Of a stretch of DNA of 64,000 nt, positions 60,094 through 64,000 are shown in pieces. The position numbers and the translations under genes were made by a program. The notes beneath the pieces were generated by a model that made no database searches, was not told the DNA's origin, and worked only from the letters and a program-made list of their open reading frames with translations. This DNA comes from Malacoraja senta (taxonomy: Eukaryota), in the NCBI GenBank assembly GCA_038087875.1, contig CM076000.1:1736001-1800000 (forward strand). Direction: 5' to 3'. Numbering within the stretch: the first letter of the stretch is position 1; the number at the start of each line of letters is the position of its first letter.

Positions 60094-60404
60094 TTTAGTT
60101 TAGTTTGGAGGCACAGCGCGGAAACAGGTCCTTCGACCCACCGAGTCTGCGCCGACCAGCGATCCTCGTACACTAGCACTCTCCTATAAACTAGGGACAA
60201 TTTACAGTTTTTACCAAAGCCAAGTTAACCTACAAACCAGTATGTCTTTGGAGTGTGGGAGGAAACCGGAGCTCCCGGGGAAAACCCACGCGGTCACGGG
60301 GAGATCACACAAACTCCGTACAGATAGCACCCATAGTCAGGATCGAACCCAGGTCTCTGGCACTGTAAGGCAGTAACTCTACCGCTGCGCCAGCATGCCG
60401 CCCT
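60094..60404 (-). mobile_element. HE1-like SINE, full length
   Basis: (TTTAG)n tail through head ...ACCGCTGCGCCAGCATGCCGCCC. Confidence 0.85.
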
Positions 60405-61149
60405 AATTATTAATTATATTCCAAGAAATGCTAACATAAATTAAAATGTACATATTTTTCACACTCACTACTGCTAAGTTTCCACAAGATGGCAGATAAT
60501 GCACATTTACCCATTCAAGGATCTGTGTTGCCTTCTGGAGTGCATTTAGTTACAGACAGGCACAAAAATAAAATAAATGGTTATTTGGCACAGATAATAA
60601 GTACAACTGGTGGTTCCCCTGAATGATGAAAAAGTCTATCATCATATCAATATATTTAGGAATGGTCAAAACATTCAGAAATTGAATTTTAATACATTGG
60701 TCGGGGTGCAATTGGCCATTCCACTGCAAATTGCAAGTATTTTGAAATGCAATTAGAGAGTTCAAAGTGTATTTATCTCTACAATAAAATGCGCTTTTAA
60801 AAAAACCTATATATTTAAGAGTGGAATCTCGTTAAAGTTTGATTATTACAACATAAAACAGCATTTGAATTCACGATGGAAATCCACCATCTAATAGTGA
60901 CGATTTTAAATTAATGAAAAATGTACAAAATGTCAATCTTTAAAGTTGGCTCCACCAATGCGACTGACATTTTCAGTTTTAGTTTTGGGTTTCCAGCATT
61001 TGTTTCTATTTTTCGCAGTGGTGCAAGAGATTGGATATGACCATACAAGGTCAAATACTGCTGTCATGTCAAGGGCAGTCATTTTCTCATCATTTTCTTT
61101 TTTCAACATTTAGATCAAGACTCCAATGAAGCCTGATGCCAAGAAGTCC

Positions 61150-61830
61150 TGGTACAAACTGGCAACATAAGTATTTAGGATGGTAAAGAAGGCGTATGGT
61201 ATACTTGCTTTCATTGCTGGGGGCATTGAATATAAGAGTCAGGAAGTCATGATGCAGCTCGATCGGACTTTGGTTAGACTGCATTTGGAGTGTTATGTGC
61301 AGTTCCAGTCACCCCATTGCAGGAGAGATCTGGAGGCTCTAGAGAGGGTGCAAACGAGGTTTACCAGAAGGCTGCCTGGATTGGATTTCAGCTACAAGGA
61401 AAGGTTGGATAGATGTGGATTCTTTTCTCTGGAACATCAGAGGTTGAGGGGAGACGATAGAATATATAAAATTAAAATGAGAGGCATAGATAGGGTAGAC
61501 AGTCAGAACCTTTTCCTCCCCCAAAATGGAAATGCCCAACAATAGGGCATAGCTATAAGGTGAGAGGGTGAATGCTTAGATGGAGATGAGTGGGGCAATT
61601 TTTGTTTTTACACAGATGGTAGTGGGAGCCTGGAATGCATTGCCTGGTGATGGAAGCAGATATGATAATGACGTTTAAAAGCCTTTTAGTTAGGCACTTG
61701 GAAGTGCAGGTAAAAAGGGATATGGACCATGTACAGGCAGATGAAATCACTAACTTGGCATCATATTTGGCACAAATATTGTGGGATGAAGAGCCCATTC
61801 CTGTAGTGTTCTGTTCTATGTCTATGTTCG
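61150..61830 (+). mobile_element. CR1 3' fragment
   Basis: ORF 61180..61545 VKKAYGILAFI...LERVQTRFTR; tail. Confidence 0.85.
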
Positions 61831-62178
61831 ATGATGTGTTGGATGCAGAGACTGGTGGGCTGAAAAGTGAGGGGACTTCTATCCTTGTTACATCTGGGCG
61901 GAGGGAGAGGAAACCAAAGCCATGGGGCACAGAGGAGACATGGGTGAGAGATCCATCTATGACAGCAGTGGGGAAACCACATTTACTAAAGAAAGATGAG
62001 ATCTTGGATGTCCAAAAATGGAAAGCCTCGTCTTGGGAGTAGATGTGGCGAAAACAGATAAATTGGGAGTAGGGGACAGCATCTTTGCAAGAGGCAGGGT
62101 GGAAGGAGGTGGAGTCTTGATAACTGTGTGGGTTGGTGGGTTTGTAGTAAATGGCAGTCGATAGTCTGTCCTCTGTGA
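61830..62178 (-). mobile_element. Penelope (Neptune-type) RT thumb fragment
   Basis: Reverse complement translates to LSTAIYYKPTNPHSYQDSTSFHPASCKDAVPYSQFLCFRHIYSQDEAF (YxKPT...H...PYSQ motif). Confidence 0.8.
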
Positions 62179-63179
62179 GGTTTAGAGAGACCTGGACAAA
62201 ATGCGGGCAGGTGGGACTAATATAGGTGGGGCATCTTGGTCGGCATGTGCATATAGTGCTGAAGGGCCTGTTTCCCTATTGTATGACTACAACCCACACT
62301 GAACACCTGTGTGTAGCTCACTGATGAATAACTGACATTGAACAGATCAACCAACAAACCCTTTCATTTTCCTGCTTCTGCTTGAAAATACCACAAATGA
62401 AATGTAATTTATTTGGACTGTGTCCACTTTTAATTTAACAAGAATGTTTTAGGGAGCTTTTCCCTTTATTGGGTAGATTCCATTGTGCTGAGACATAGTG
62501 TTATACATAAAAAGGCCCTTCAGCCTATAGAATAGGCGGCAACCATCAAAGACCAGTTGCTTTACTGGACTAGAGACACTACTATGTCTGATTAGAATTG
62601 CAACTTTGTCTGTAGCAAAGGTCTTCAGCACTTTAGCTGAAATATTGTTATTGTACAGCCTTTCCTGTAACCAGTGCTAACTGCGGTACTATGCGTAGTG
62701 AAATAAAATTAAATGAAGACTGACTTGCGTCGTGACATCGACATCTTGAGGAGGCTGAGACTACTTTGTACTTTGAGTTCAAAATAGTCTTTTATTTTGC
62801 CAACACGCTGGCTCTGTCATCATCTGAGGATGGGGGAATTATCCAGTACCATTCATAGAGCACAAAGTGCCAGCGGCTCAGGCACTATGTGTTCGACACA
62901 AGATTCCAGCCTCTGCAATTCCTTGCGTCCCCAGTACCATTTATAAATGGACTTGGAATGTCGGCAGATTCTGATCTTTTACCCATTGGTTGCTGGCTTA
63001 ACATTGTCCATATTTGTTGCTATCATTGTTTAGTGCATGATCTTGTGTTTGTTTTATCTTGATGGTAAGACCTGCATTCATGGCCCATTATTAATTGCCC
63101 TTGATTAGGTGGTTCATAAGTTATAGGAGCAGAATTAGGCCATTGAGCCCATCAAGTCTAATCTTGCATTCAATCATGT

Positions 63180-63320
63180 CCAGGTGGGGCACAGACGAGG
63201 GAAAAGAGAGGGGGGAGGGTTTGGAGGGAGTTAGTTAGAGGTTACCTAAAATTGGAGAATTCAATGTTCATACCATTGGGTTGTAAGCTACCCAAATGGA
63301 ATATGAGTTGCTGTTCCGAC
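63180..63320 (-). mobile_element. Penelope GIY-YIG C-terminal fragment
   Basis: Reverse complement translates to EQQLIFHLGSLQPNGMNIEFSNFR*. Confidence 0.75.
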
Positions 63321-63382
63321 TGCTATTATTCTGCAAGGCAACAGGGGGAACCAAGGGGAAAATTGATTGGAATTGCAATACG

Positions 63383-63553
63383 CAGTGGCGCACCGGTAGA
63401 GTTGCTGCTTTACAGTGCCGCAGACCCGGGTTCGATCCTGACTACGGGTTCTGTCTGTACAGAATTTGTACTTTCTCCTTGTAACCGCGTGGGTTTTCGC
63501 TGGGTTCTCTGGTTTCCTCCCACACTCCAAAGGCGTACAGATTTGTAGGTTAA
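63383..63553 (+). mobile_element. HE1-like SINE 5' half
   Basis: CAGTGGCGCACCGGTAGAG...GGGTTCGATCC. Confidence 0.8.
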
Positions 63554-63554
63554 A

Positions 63555-63752
63555 TGTGTAGGAAGGAACAGCAGATGCTGGTTTAAACCAAAGATAGACA
63601 CAGAAAGTTGGAGTAGCTCAGGAGGCCAGACAGCATCTCTGGAGAGAAGGAATGGATGATGCTGTGGGTCAAGTCTGAAGAAGGGTCTTGATCCAAAACG
63701 TCACCCATTCCTTTCACCAGAGATGCTGTCTGACCTGCTGAGTTACTCCAGT
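63555..63752. mobile_element. Inverted pair of Penelope-like terminal fragments
   Basis: CAGACAGCATCTCTGG / CCAGAGATGCTGTCTG arms; AGTCTGAAGAAGGGTCTTGATCCAAAACGTCACC at 63672-63705. Confidence 0.75.
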
Positions 63753-63754
63753 TT

Positions 63755-64000
63755 GAGACAATAGACAATAGATAATAGAGTAGGCCATTCGGCCCTTCAA
63801 GCCAGCACCGGCATTCAATGTGATCATGGCTGATCATCCACAATCCCCGTTCCTGCTTGCTCCCCATATCCCCAGACTCCGCTATCTTCAAGAGTCCTAT
63901 CTAGCTCTCTCTTGAAAGTATGCAGAGAACTGGCCTCCACCGCCCTCTGAGGCAGAGAATTCCACAGACTCACAACTCTCTGTGAAAAAGTGTTTCCTCA
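63755..64000 (-). mobile_element. CR1 3' end (continues beyond window)
   Basis: Nearly the same as 51530-51785. Confidence 0.85.

Overview
Eukaryotic, repeat-dominated intergenic or intronic DNA. The mix of HE1-type tRNA-SINEs with CR1 tails, CR1/HER1-like LINEs, fish-type L1, Penelope/Neptune fragments, Rex1/Babar tails and Passport-like Tc1 points to a cartilaginous fish, probably a skate or ray (inference). No host protein-coding gene could be identified; every recognisable long ORF is transposon-encoded. Main contents: (1) a full-length L1 (6768-13382, 14-bp TSD) with both ORFs open, a D>N change at a catalytic endonuclease residue, and a 1.2-kb spacer holding a duplicated structured unit; (2) two near-identical DD34E Tc1 transposons, one with an intact ORF; (3) a near-complete CR1 nested in a MITE; (4) several multi-level nested insertions; (5) about 14 Penelope-derived short elements carrying minimal hammerhead-ribozyme motifs, often as inverted pairs; (6) a GC-rich non-coding retroposon family with Rex1-type tails whose hairpins are conserved while the sequence diverges; (7) a Helitron-like 3' end. 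Boundaries without a TSD or TIR are approximate.
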